Shown here in pieces: positions 40,473 to 52,630 of a DNA stretch of 64,000 nucleotides. Both the position numbers and the translations under genes were made by a program. Origin of the DNA: Daphnia carinata (taxonomy: Eukaryota); assembly GCF_022539665.2 (NCBI RefSeq), contig NC_081331.1, positions 11,594,001-11,658,000 of the forward strand. Reading direction: 5' to 3'. Within the stretch, counting starts at the first letter, position 1. Each line of letters begins with the position of its first letter. Below the pieces are notes generated by a model, which worked only from the letters and a program-made list of their open reading frames with translations, was not told the origin of the DNA and searched no databases.

Positions 40473-41374
40473 CTGAAACCAGTTTCAAATCATATTAACA
40501 AATTATAGCTCATCACATATGGCATTTATATAATGGCATTTATGTTGTCAGATATTAATTCAGCTTTTTAATTCATATATCTTGTTAGAAAGCTGGATTC
40601 GATTACCAATATATCTACCCTGGAATTCCAGCTAGTATATTTGTCTTTTTTACCGTGCCACGCGAAATCTGGTATTATTTTCAGAAAAAATATCCTGCTC
40701 TAGTCGTTTGCTGGTGTCCAAAGTATTGGCCGATAATAGTAGAACCGAAGGAGTAGAAAATCTTTCGTTCTTAAAACGAATTTGTCTGAGCGAAGTTTTC
40801 GTGTCAGGCACATCAGTTGAAAGTATTAGCATGTGTTGAAACCATTGTGTTAATTAAGCTTAAGCATGTAATAGTTTCAATATTTTCGAAGAATCTCATT
40901 CCCATTTTATTTATTTTTTTTACAAATTCGTGAAACGTGAGGCAATTTCTGATTTGCTGTTGGAGAAAGAACACGTAAATTAGTCTGAAAGATATTACTA
41001 CAAGTTAGTCATAATGTTTGTGCTAATTACTGCATTGTTTTAGAATGCACCAGTTCACAAACGAGCGCTGGATGTGAAAAAGAAGTGACCCAGTGCAGAA
41101 AGGTCGCTTATTTCTGTAGTTGCCTTCGTTTTGTTTTCAAGAAAAGTGAATCTTCGCGAGATTTTCTTTGAATCCATACGTTGACAAATATGCAACGCTG
41201 ACGTTGCGAGAGAGCCATTGTGCGTGATCACAACGTAGGAAACAGGCGAATCCACATGGAACATCTTTCAATTTACAGATGCTCATTCTTTGTACTGCAA
41301 GAGTTAGTCCTTCAACACCCTATCTGGTGAACTGTTGACTCTTCCAAATATTCAGTTTCAATACGGATTATAAG

Positions 41375-42082
41375 ATGTCTTCTGCCGTTTGTGTATTGTT
41401 GGGCGAAAAAGTGAAAGGCACGCTACACTTTGAACAACAGGTATGAATCTTGGTTTTTTTGTATCAGCAATTGGAGTGGTTTGCTGCATTAATTGCCTAG
41501 TAATTCTTAGCCATGATGTACTATTGTACTCGAGATTTCAAGCAAGTCCATTCTATTTTTTAAATCAGGGAGAAGTTCTCGTTATTATGGGACAAATAAC
41601 TGGACTTACCCCAGGCGAACATGGGTTCCATATCCATGAATTTGGCGACTATACTAATGGTACCAATCTATTTGTAGTTTTGACCCTGATTATTCATTAT
41701 CTTTTCTTTTCCTGTTGACAGGCTGCATGTCTGCTGGTCCCCACTTTAACCCAACCGGGGTTGATCATGGTGGTCCATTTGACGAAGTCCGCCATGTTGG
41801 CGATTGCGGGAATTTGATCGCTGACGAATCGGGGGTTGCCAAAGTTGATATCAAAGATTGTTTGATGACACTTCTCGGTGAATATGGAATTATTGGTCGC
41901 ACCGCTGTGGTAAATATTTAGCAATCATACGCTTTTTCTCTGTCGTTGTCTCATGAATACTTATACCACTTCAGGTACATGCGGATCCCGATGATTTAGG
42001 TAAGGGTGGACATGAGCTCAGCAAAGTCACAGGTAATGCTGGCGCCCGTGTCGCTTGTGGCATTGTTGGCATTGGCAAATAG
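41375..42082 (+). CDS. Cytosolic Cu/Zn superoxide dismutase, tandem copy B (4 exons)
   Basis: Same intron positions as copy [33 protein letters not shown]; all metal ligands and the active-site Arg present. Confidence 0.93.
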
Positions 42083-42448
42083 GTTGTCACCTATGCGAAA
42101 TCTTACTCGCAATAAGCTGCAGGACATTGTATAAGCCTTAAAAGCTTAAGGCAAAGCGGTGTTGAACATACTTGCTGTTTTGATTTCTTCTTGTATGTGT
42201 GTACTAATTATCGAACTTACTAAAAGTTACATTTATCCTGGAATCCTGTTTAGATTACTCATTTTCCTTCAGCACTAAATCGAGCCGGTTTCTTTGTGGC
42301 TATGTTCTATGTGGAGTGATGAACCTGTTAAACCAAAAGATTTAAACCAGAAAATGTAAGAACAATGAGCAAAGTGTATTTAGTTTACAGGGGAGAGCAG
42401 GACAAGTTAATTCGGAAGCAACATATTCATTTAAATTGTATTTCACAG

Positions 42449-43193
42449 TTACGGAATCGGTAGTTTCACTTGCTTGACGATTGGCCTGTAGCCCTTAGCA
42501 TCATCTGCGTTGTATGTAACGATCCGACGATATCCGTCTGGCCCATCCCAGTAATAATCTCCCACTTTACTGGTGTCACTGAAGCCAGTTTCTTCGCGGC
42601 CGTGCTGTAGCGCTGTGTAGTTGAAGTGATAAACTTTCGTGCGCTCTGTCGTGGTTGTAGTGGTTGTGGTAGGAAAATCTGAATTAGCGCGACCCTGTCG
42701 TCCTTCTACGTCTGGCCTGGGCTTCGCTGTTTGTAAACATTAGCGATACAGTAACACTTACGTGAAAAAAAAACAAAATCTAGTTTACGTGGCGTAACGC
42801 GGACTCGTTTGCGACCCGTGATGAGGAACCTGCCCTCCTTATCCGTGGCGTACATTACCGTCTGATAGTATCCGTCAGCTGTCAAGAACCCATACTCGCC
42901 AATGATGATCCCATTCGCGTCTACAGGTTGGCAATTTTTCAGTCACATAATAAATTACACATAACATTGTCTCACCTTTTCTTTCTTCTCTGTGCTGAGT
43001 CCCTAGGTTGAATCCGAATTGATAGGGCTTCGATTCCTCTTCTCCGTCAGTCGCTTGAAGCAGGACACAGAACACGATCACCACCAACACCTGCCATATT
43101 AAGGTACGTGTGCTTTGTTTTAGAAAACAATAGTAGTGAGATAAAAAAAAAAAATTCAGATTCACTAACTTGAAGAGGAACGAGCTTGATCAT
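42449..43193 (-). CDS. Secreted cuticle protein with two R&R-like chitin-binding repeats, l(3)mbn-like (4 exons)
   Basis: Manual splice: MIKLVPLQ|VLVVIVFCVLLQATDG..PYQFGFNLGTQHREERK|DANGIIIGEYGFLTADGYYQTVMYATDKEGRF..|..YHFNYTALQHGREE..GDYYWDGPDGYRRIVTYNADDAKGYRP..*. Confidence 0.85.
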
Positions 43194-44255
43194 GATGTAA
43201 GACGCATACACTCTTGGGAGTGCGAATGCGATGGTTAGGAAAGTTTAGCAAGACTTTTTATAGCATCGGAGCTACCATTTAGTTTTCTTCTATACATCTC
43301 TACAAGATCCTCCTTCTCGACCTTCCCATCCTCCATCTTAGCGGCTCTTCTGATAAGTGGGTTTAGACCTTTCATCTCTTAAAACATGCGAAGGAAACGT
43401 ATAGGGATGCGCAGAAAAACGGCATGGCCTAGTGCGTCTGGAAACCGGTTATGCAAATGTCTTGCGTCGACACTTCCATAGACCCATGCGGCACTGTTTT
43501 CTTTTCCACCCTCCATGAATTATGCGTAAATTTCTTTTTGGCAGCCACCCTTCAGATCTATGCTACGATGGCGTTACGCCACCAACTTGACTAGCAAAAA
43601 AGGGGGAAACTTCGGGCCCACAAGCCCAAAGGAAAAAACATACAAAAAATGTGTTGGAGGCTGCAAAGCATGGTGCGTATGTGAAGGAACTCACATTTAG
43701 TTTTTGAATTCGAAATAGTTATCCATCAGCCGTTGTGACTTTGAAGGAGAATTGGTTGGAAATGCGTTTCTGTTAGAAAGTTTTGGCTTATCAAGCGGTT
43801 TCCCCTCTAGGCCTTAAACAATCTTTCAGTTTTCCTTTATCGTTTGCGCGAGTGTTTGTTCGAATTAATCAACACTAAAGAAATGGCCCACCTCGGTTAT
43901 GAATTATACTTTCATAATGGTTGTGCGTTGGTTTTCTTTTGGATGAATAGTCATTGATGATGGACAGTGTTTGGCTTGCTATTGTAGTAAGGCAAAGACG
44001 CGGCACACGCCGCAATTATTGATGGGATGGATGTTAAATAAAAACAAAGAGAAGGGCTTATTTGCGTTCAGCAATGAATAATCATCATTTCGTTTATATT
44101 ACGACCGGTCTGTGCAATCATCTGACCACTCAGCGGTTTCTTTTGGCTACTTTTGCTACTTGACCTCGGAGTCCAGAACTCTTTTTTTTTCTGTCGTAAT
44201 GAATGTATTTTTGTAAAGCCTTGTTCTCTCTGACATTCAACTGGTGGAGTTAAGA

Positions 44256-44329
44256 ATGATCAGTGCCTTCAGAATCTCCTTTTCTTCAATTATTGCCATG
44301 GTCATTGTGGGCATATCATCTTGTATAAG
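44256..44329 (+). CDS. Isolated signal-peptide-like first exon; partner exons uncertain
   Basis: ATG 44256, MISAFRISFSSIIAMVIVGISSCI, strong donor AG|gtgagt at 44330 (phase 2). Confidence 0.45.
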
Positions 44330-47163
44330 GTGAGTCGCCTCCAGACGAAGAGCCTCCCGCCAATCAAACGCTAAACAGCGAATAGATACATCCTTGACCG
44401 GCTTGTTGAAGAAATACGAATTAAAATTCATTTTGCATATGTTTTGATGTCCGCCCCTTTAAAGGAATTATACACAATATTTACTGAGCAGTCAGTAGGG
44501 ATGGGGCTACGGGTTTGAATTGGCTTAGCTGTAACTAGACATGTGTATTTTTTGCTTACGCATCGCAAAGCGTTTTCTCTATTCTGGGCGCATTTTGGGG
44601 TCTGCTTTCATCGAGCCAACTATAGACATTGATCAGTTTAACAGTAAACCATGACTTGGGCAAATTCGTTACCTTCATGCGAAAAAAGAACTGGAGATTA
44701 TAGAGTGTTTCAAAACGCGTAAAATTCGATGGAACAAAAGCGGTTTTCTTTGTTTGTTGATTTCTGTAATATTGTCTTCGTATAGCCAATTCAATGGGAA
44801 ATTGAAATAGGCGATAGGAATCCAACATTGAGGTCTTAAAGGTGCGGTGATGAATGAGTTAGGCGCACCTGAAACTTTCGTTCTACATCTCCCTTCTTTA
44901 TGGCGTTGTATGTATTTCCTGTGCGTTAGTTTTGTTTATTCTTTTGCGTTTCCGATTTGTGAAACACTGTTGGCTCTCCCTGGATTCTATTGTTTGCCAG
45001 TACATTGCTACTTCATTGTTTCATAATGAGTTGCCTGTAAATACTTCTTAGACAAGTTTTGCTTTACAGCATCGTACTAGAATGCCTTGCTCCGTTTGTT
45101 TAATCTCTGCTTTCAGGTAAACTTTATTCACTTTGCAAAATTGCCAACTTATTAGTATTCACACGTAAAAATTTTTTAAAGGTGTGTTTACTAGTTTCGA
45201 CAAAACGTTAAAGTCGTCGTAATAATGGCCTGTGTCCTACTTACCATTTCATACCTGGAAAGCATAGATTAGTGTTCAAATGTTAGTTCTCATATCTGCT
45301 CCATCAATTGTTTTAGAAGGTATCTGATATCCAAAAGCGCTATCGTATCATTCACCTTCGGTAGTAGAAGAAAGAAAGCTTTATTTTTATGTCTATTGTA
45401 TCAGTGAAGTGAGCCAACAGAACTTCCTTGACCTGCGTGAAAGTTTAAAGGGGTCACCATTCGCCGGCGAAAGTTGATTTTCTCTTCCGTGTAGGAGGAA
45501 GAAGTTGTCGTTGCCGACGTGATGGTGGCTTTAAGGTGGTAGTGTAGGGGAGGAGAAAATTGCCTGCTACCATACAAACATCGTTGTGTGCAGTGAATAG
45601 ACTTGATTGACTTGTTTTGATATGGGCGTCAATCGTCTTACCGAATGGAACGAGCTTCCCACAAAACATGTGATGAATCAAGCGATTCATTGAACATGAA
45701 GCCTGCAATTTTCTTTTGCAGTAATAACACTTTCTGAGTGGGAATGGAAGAGGCCCTTTTTAACCACCCCCAAACCCTTTTTTTTCTAAAACAAAAAAAA
45801 AAACACCTAAAAAAACTTTCACTAAGTCGCTTTGTGTGTTTTACTCTTGTAAAATAAATAGGAGTTTCTTCCGCGTACGAGTATTAGCTTATTTTACCTG
45901 TAGGAATTGAAAAATATTAACAATCTATATTAAGCCATACTGGGAAATTTGTGGCCATTCACTTTGAAAAACATGATTGCCAAAGCCAAAGAAAGACCGT
46001 CATTTGATGGTGTGACTTATTTGCCTTTAGTTGGCGACTCACCGAAACGGATGTGAAGTTTGGTCATCGATCCTTCCGCTACCAGTGGCGGAAAAAGTGA
46101 TAGTTCCCTTATTCGTTATGTGCCTGCTCAGCATACGAAATGAGAGAGGTTGAGGAAGAATTGATTTTTAAGAAAAACATTTTTTCTTATTGCGTTGGGT
46201 TTTCTTTTTTAAACTCTCACTATTTTACCTTGGTCTGGAGATTCGAGACGATCGTAAATTTGTATTGAAGGAAGCCTATCGGCGAATTCGGGCCTTAGAT
46301 CGCTGTCACCAGGCCGACCTTTGCTTACGAAATACGTTAATATTTGCATACCGTACAGACTACGTGCAGAAGGTCGTGTAGCGAAGTATCCTTTCACTTT
46401 TGTAGCGTCTCTGCAACGTTAAAAGCAGTTTTCACCTTCCCCGCAGATTTACATGTTGTAAAGCTATTCATGTTGAGCTAGGGATGAGCAAGATCATTCA
46501 ATCAACAGGGAAGCGGTTGCGAAAGTTGTACAACCAAATGTTGTTACATACTGTTTGCAACTCTCTACTCTGAATAAGGAATGATCCAAAGTTGGATGAA
46601 ATCCGAGAAAAAAACCATGCCTGTCAGCTTAGTGAGAGATGACTTTCTATTCATTGACTGTATAACCTGATGCTTCATCAACTATTACTGCATTAGTAAG
46701 AAATTTTACCGTGCATTTGGTCTAATGGTTGAGAATTTGTCAACTAGTTGGCAATAGTGAATCATGAGAAAAATTCCGATAGTTCTCGTTTCCCTTTTTA
46801 AATTGATTTGCTAACATGAAACGGAAGTGATTATATTTCTGTTTGTTCAATTCATGGAAAGTTTTTTTGTTTCCCTTCTGTGCAGCGAAAGTTTCACTGC
46901 TAGTGACGAAATTACAGAGGGAGGAAAATGTTAGAACCAGCGCCGAGTGATGAAGGGTATGATAATATGAATCACTTTTGTAGTCTTTTTCCTGGTTTAT
47001 GCTCCGTATTTAAGGTGACAGCACGCTTTAGTCCAGCAGAAACATTATTCCCACTGATCTGATTTGTTCTCTTCCAACGCTTCACTTCCATACAACAGTC
47101 GTAAGAAACTATCTTGAGTTTTTATTGTTTAGAATTAATGTAAAACAATTTTTCTTCTAACAG

Positions 47164-48620
47164 ATGAGTCATTCATACACGCTATTAGTTGTGATGCTAA
47201 TAGTCCACTATGGTTCTTCTGCTCCTGCTCCTCAATCTGGAACAAGTAACGTCGGCTCGGGGCTTACAAACTTGAATTCCAATTTGTTGGGTTCCAGCAC
47301 CAATCCAGGCCTTTTGAACGGTGGATTAGGCACAGGATTCGGATTCAATGGACTGAATTCCTTCGGTGGCGGATTTGGAAACGGCTTAGGAGGATTTGGT
47401 TCCGGTCTTGGAACAGGAATTGGAGTTTTCGGATCTGGGCTTGGAGGCTTTGGATCCGGACTTGGAGGCTTCGGATCAGGAATCGGAGGTTTTGGAACAG
47501 GCCTTGGAGGAGGTCTAGGAGGATTTGGAACAGGAATTGGTGGCTTTGGAACTGGACTTGGAGGACTTGGAGGAATTGGAGGTTTCGGATCGGGATTAGG
47601 AGGAAGCGGTGGCGGCCTAGGAGGATTTGGATCAGGAATTGGCGGCTTGGGGACAGGACTTGGAGGAATCGGAGGAGGTCTAGGAGGATTTGGATCAGGC
47701 ATTGGAGGCTTTGGAACAGGGCTTGGTGGACTGGGTGGAAGTTTTGGAGGAATCGGCTCCGGTTTGGGTGGTTTTGGATTAGGAAACGGATTGGGTGGCT
47801 TTAACAATTTCGGTGTTGGGGGCTTAAATGGACTGGGATTCGGCAACAGCCTCCTCAACGGTGGTGGACTAGGAGGCATTGGATCTCTTAGCAGTTTTGG
47901 AGGAAACGGTTTACTGGGCACGGGCAGTCTCCTTAACAGCGGACTGCTTGGCACCACTGGCCTTAGCAATGGACTAGGAACTGTTGGTTCCAATTTTGGC
48001 CTCGGCAGTGGTCTCGGGTAAGCATTTTTCTTTTTTCCTGTATATTTTGTTGTTTCTTGTTTAACCTACAGTAGTCTAATATGACAAGTGTACTCGCTTT
48101 ATTGTTTTCAACGAGTCGTTGTTGAAACCCATGTAGATTGGGATCCTCCCTCGGCACTGGATTTGGTTTGGGAAACCTTGGTGGTGGCAGCTTTAGAAGC
48201 CTACCCGACCTTAAGTAGGCGGTTAGATGGTTACAAGAGGTAAATTGACCATCTTTCATGAACGACTTTCTTGTATGCCATGCAACGTCAGTTTATTTCC
48301 AAAATGCTACTTCATGTATAATTCAAGCTCACTTCTAGCTAGAGCACTTATTACATTAAATCCATTGGATAAGCTTCACAAGTGTGTCCCTAAGCTCGTT
48401 TCTTCATTTTACTCTTCTTCGTAGTCGAACGGCGCCCTTGGTAAATCTGATGACCGGAGGCTCTACTTTTACGTCTTCGGATCAACATGTCAATAATCTA
48501 GTTAATCGCATCCGTGCAATCCAACAAGAATTCGCGACCAATGCTTCGTCTTCTTCCAGGTCAACATCTTCTTTAGGCGATATACGATCTTTCGATCCTA
48601 CGAACGATAAAGATGTGTAA
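47164..48620 (+). CDS. Secreted glycine-rich structural protein (GLGGFGS/T repeats)
   Basis: TATA-like 47008, non-coding exon ending 47100, signal peptide MSHSYTLLVVMLIVHYGSSA, long Gly-rich exon to 48017, then in-frame exons 48137-48214 and 48425-48620 (or stop at 48216-48218 if the second donor is unused). Confidence 0.8.
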
Positions 48621-48844
48621 CCATCACATTCGCAGATATATCTCTTCTACTGCTCTCATATTTGGCGTATTAATCGAAAACTTGTTTTCTGTTCAGTTAT
48701 AGTACTGTTTTCTTTTGTTACTCTTTAGAATGTGTGTAACTGTGTATTTTGTTTCGATATAAATCATGTTTGAGGCTCCCCAGAACATCTAATTCGATTA
48801 CAGATTTCCAGAATAATTAAATGCGAATGAGTTTGCTGAATTTA

Positions 48845-49394
48845 AAAAGATATCGTTTTTGACCGATTTTGACAAAAGTAGGAAGGCTTTTTCGTTTTTT
48901 ACGTTTAACTTAAAAACCATTAAGCCAATTGGAAAATAAATTTGATTTCCACTATCAGCATTCAGTTCTGAATCGAATTCATGTATTTTAAGTGAAATTT
49001 AAATTTTGGCCAAAAAAGAAAAAGTGGGAAGGCCTTCCTACTTTTGTCAAAATCGGCCAAAAACGACATCTCTTAGAAATCGACAAAAATCATAGGGTAT
49101 AACCAAAGTTGAATACTGATTTTGATTCTGTGATTGGTTTTCTCGTTAAATCAGCCGTTACAAAAATAATGGACAAAAACGATAGATTTCTGCTTCGTCG
49201 CGCTAGCGCTGTAGCGTACTAGCGCGCTATGCATTGTTTCAAATTTTCAGTGTATTTAAATAACGATTGACTTCATGAAAAAAATAGCAATTTTTCCGGA
49301 ATCAGCGTCCAATTTTTAGTATATCCTGTGATATTCAATCACTTCCGACGAGTGTCAGTTTTTGTAGAAGAAATTTTTAAGCCCGACTAAATAA
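48845..49394. repeat. Modular MITE/foldback-like repeat flanking the palindrome on the left
   Basis: 48890-49170 is a direct repeat of ~54471-54757; 48845-48887 is an inverted copy of ~49032-49075; 49186-49394 is shared with 29258-29422. Confidence 0.8.
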
Positions 49395-49633
49395 TATGGC
49401 AATCCGTTTTACATAAAAAAAAAAAAATTTCGCCAAAAAAAAAAAAATCACACTTTTTTCTTTTTTTCCGACACGTAGCCATCTACCGCTCAGACTCGTT
49501 ATTACTGGCGTAGGCAATTTCAGTCCATTGGATGCCATTCGCAGTTAGTAGCGTTAGTAGTTCGCAGTTAGTAGCATTAGCAGTCAGGTAGCGTGGATGG
49601 AGAATAACTCGTGGTTGGAGGAACAATTGAAAA

Positions 49634-50641
49634 CTGGATAAGATAATACAACAAAAGGATGGTAAGTATAAACATTATTATATTGGTTTTCAATTATTAA
49701 TTATTGGTTATTAGATCAAATTATGAAGCTGCAGGCCCCATTATTGGAACAACACAAAATAATAGATAACAGCAAAGCTAAGGATGGTAAGGCCTAATAC
49801 GTAATGATTCTATTTATTTGCTTTTATTCATTTGTATTTTGTAGCTCAAATTTTGAGTCCACAAGCTCAGCTAGGGGAAAAGAACAAATTGGAATGGAAC
49901 AGTTTCCAAACAGTGAAGGAGGTTTTTCAAAACTCTTCTCTAACTAAACGCGAGGATGAGTTGGCATTAGGCGAACACAGTCAGGTACCTAAACTTTTCA
50001 AATAAGAATTCAAAATAAGTATAGAATTTTAACAAACAATTATTTATTGTTTAGTTATTTAGTCCACCACCTGACAGTGTGTTAAATTTAAATTCTGTTA
50101 GTGCTGCACTAAAAGAATCGTTAGTAATAAGTCCATGCAGCGAAGGAATTGAACAATTGTGGGACCGTATTTGGGCCAAAAATGGGTGTGGTACGGAAAC
50201 CCAGAAATGGCACGAGTTCAACCTAAAACATGGATTAGGTACTTCCCGGTTCTTTGTCTATCGAAAAAGTATTTTTAACGTTATTATTTTGCATTCACAG
50301 AATTTTAGCGGGGGATCAAGTCAAGTCTGGAAGTGTTACGGGATGGAAGAGTCAGCCTGTAGTTGAAAAAACAGAGTGCATTACTGTTAAGGTGTGAGGT
50401 AAAGTAATAGAGTATGCAAATTGTCTAATGAGAAGTACCATCTTGTGTTAATGAATCAGGTACAACAGCAATCCTTTATAGTTCTGTCACAGCTAGAAGC
50501 CTCAAAAATTCTGCTTCCCTTGCTAAAGAACAACTTGTCCTTTACGCTCAGAGTGTTGGTGAAGCTGGGTACTTAAATGGCCCTAAAGATGTTTCACTTC
50601 ACTGGCATTGCAGCGATGAACATCATACATGGACTCTTTAG
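49634..50641 (+). CDS. Spliced orphan gene in the left arm (coiled-coil-like N-terminus); ~195 aa open from ATG 49723
   Basis: GT-AG-bounded exons 49634-49661, 49715-49786, 49845-49984, 50055-50238, 50309-50391 and 50460-50576 join in frame. The exon-1 ATG of the right copy is CTG here. The frame of the last exon is ambiguous (alternative stop 50639-50641). Confidence 0.55.
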
Positions 50642-51206
50642 GTATGAAAGGAATTTTCTTGAAAATTTTTTGAATTTATGATGAAGCTTTTCTCCTCCTT
50701 TTTGCCAACCATGTCTAATCTACAAAAAAAAATTTATCAATTTTTCAGCATACTGGGAACACAACTATCAACAATGCAACATTCTAGGGGTGTTATTTTA
50801 TCATTCAAGAGCCTTATACAATGATTTTCATCTACAATTTGTATGTCCTTTCCCAAGCTTCCACCAGAAGTTGAATCTATGAGTCATGTAAGTTCCATGA
50901 TCAACAATTGATGTGTTTAACGGTGTTGTTTTTCTTTTCTCAATATAGGTTAATAGTAACATTGGATCTGAAAAGATTCTTGGTTGGGGCAAGACACTGA
51001 ATAAATTGTATTGATTGGATGGATGACATGACATTGCTATAAATTCGGATTCCCCAGACGGTATTTGATATTAAAAAAATTGAAGTGCATATCTGGGCTC
51101 CCTTCTTTTCTGAAGCCCCGTTTCCCCTTGACTCATAATAAGCCCGTAGGGGGTCATGCCCCTACTGTACGGTATATATAAAAACAACATATACCGAGGT
51201 TTGGAG

Positions 51207-51428
51207 GGCTCTGGCCGGAAAGGGGACGTGGGGTGCCGCTTCGTCCGATGATGTGTTCACGGAGGGTGACGTGGCTGCCCACAAATCCGAACTAAAGGTT
51301 AATCGCTCCTGTAAAAATGTTCCAAATCTTCAGCTCTTCTTCCGGCTTCTCTTAGCCAATCACCGGGTCATCTCCCCGGTGGGTCAACAAGGCAGTGTCT
51401 CCCCCTGCTTGGGTTGACGGCAACTTTT
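51207..51428 (+). ncRNA. Candidate structured RNA in the left arm
   Basis: TATATATAAAAA 51173-51184; long-range stem GCCGGAA 51214-51220/TTCCGGC 51340-51346; hairpins 51361-51381 and 51383-51418; first T4 at 51425-51428. Confidence 0.35.
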
Positions 51429-51751
51429 GAAAGGGCTATTGTGCCTTTTTAAAGTTGCAAAAATAATTGTAATGTGCAGAGAATTGTCAATAAAATTTTT
51501 TTTATAAAATATTTTTTGCAAAATTCGTTTCTTTCATTGTCTGTATTCGCTGTGTTCTCACGTTACACTTTTTATATTTAGCTTGCTTAATTCACCTTTA
51601 TTGTTTTTGTCACCTTTGATGGTAAGCATTGTTTCCATTGGTTTATCGTTTATCTGTAAGTATTATTTATTACACTCTTTGAATTCTTCAACTTAGATTC
51701 AAGGAACAATCTGGATATTTTATTAAGTAATTTTGTATTTTGTTTTACTCG

Positions 51752-51815
51752 TATGGGAACCGATCCCCAGACATTCAGCGTGCAACGCCGATGCTCTAAC
51801 ATTGAGCCACGAGAT
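51752..51815 (-). pseudogene. Degenerate tRNA-derived unit (Ala-TGC-like anticodon arm)
   Basis: Minus strand: TGGCTCAATGTTAGAGC D-arm, TCGGC-GTTGCAC-GCTGA anticodon arm, decayed T-arm, no acceptor stem. Confidence 0.6.
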
Positions 51816-51913
51816 ATATCAAAATATTTTATTATCGCATATCATATGTTATCGTCTAGGATGTTTATGCAGTCTTTCACAACTATATGCTTATCTTTCT
51901 ATTGCTTCCATAA

Positions 51914-51980
51914 GGTTCTTAGCTCTGTGGTAGAGCTTTTATCTGCGATACCTGTTACCCTGGGTTCAAACCTCAGTAGA
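51914..51980 (+). pseudogene. Degenerate tRNA-derived unit in the palindrome spacer
   Basis: A box TAGCTCTGTGG 51920-51930 followed by TAGAGC; B box GGTTCAAACC 51963-51972. Confidence 0.55.
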
Positions 51981-52100
51981 TGTGTTAAAATGAAGTAGAA
52001 TAATGTAGAAGAGTATATTGCAGAATTGCATTTCAGTTTTATTCTAAGTGTAAATGCAAGTCCACAAGTGACTAGAAAAAAAGCCAACTTAAAATCATGT

Positions 52101-52168
52101 GATTCGTGGCTCATTGGTAGAGCATCGGCGAGGTATGCCGAACATCCAGGGTTCGATCCCTGGATAAT
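52101..52168 (+). pseudogene. tRNA-derived unit with intact A and B boxes
   Basis: A box TGGCTCATTGG 52107-52117, D-stem GCTC/GAGC, stem TCGGC/GCCGA with 7-nt loop lacking U33, CCAGGG-TTCGAT-CCCTGG T-arm; no acceptor stem. Confidence 0.65.
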
Positions 52169-52408
52169 AATAGAATGCTTACAGATAAACGATAAACCAA
52201 TACCAGTCACCTTACCATCAAATGTGACAAAAACAGATAAAGCAAAGCCAAAAAAAAAAAATTGATAAATGCAATGTGTGAACAAAGCTAACACAGACAA
52301 TGAAAGAAACGAATTTTGCAAAAAATATTTTATAAAAAAAATTTTATTGACAATTCTCTGCACATTACAATTATTTTTGCAACTTTAAAAAGGCACAATA
52401 GCCCTTTC

Positions 52409-52630
52409 AAAAGTTGCCGTCAACCCAAGCAGGGGGAGACACTGCCTTGTTGACCCACCGGGGAGATTACCCGGTGATTGGCTAAGAGAAGCCGGAAGAA
52501 GAGCTGAAGATATGGAACATTTTTACAGGAGCGATTAACCTTTAGTTCGGATTTGTGGGCAGCCACGTCACCCTCCGTGAACACATCATCGGACGAAGCG
52601 GCACCCCACGTCCCCTTTCCGGCCAGAGCC
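52409..52630 (-). ncRNA. Inverted near-identical copy of the 51207-51428 structured RNA candidate
   Basis: Reverse complement of the left-arm unit with only a few differences; upstream TATA retained. Confidence 0.35.

Noticed and set aside
47232..47993. 253-aa Pro-rich ORF on the minus strand
   Set aside because: Antisense shadow of the Gly-rich exon (GGN codons read as NCC/CCN); the plus strand has the promoter, signal peptide and splice sites.
51752..52168. Functional tRNA genes
   Set aside because: No acceptor stems; abnormal anticodon or T loops.
51899..52363. 154-aa minus-strand ORF across the spacer
   Set aside because: Low-complexity, Phe-rich translation of AT-rich DNA overlapping tRNA-like units; no domain and no counterpart in the other arm.
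52504..52540. Hammerhead ribozyme core (CTGAAGA)
   Set aside because: No stem II followed by GAAA.
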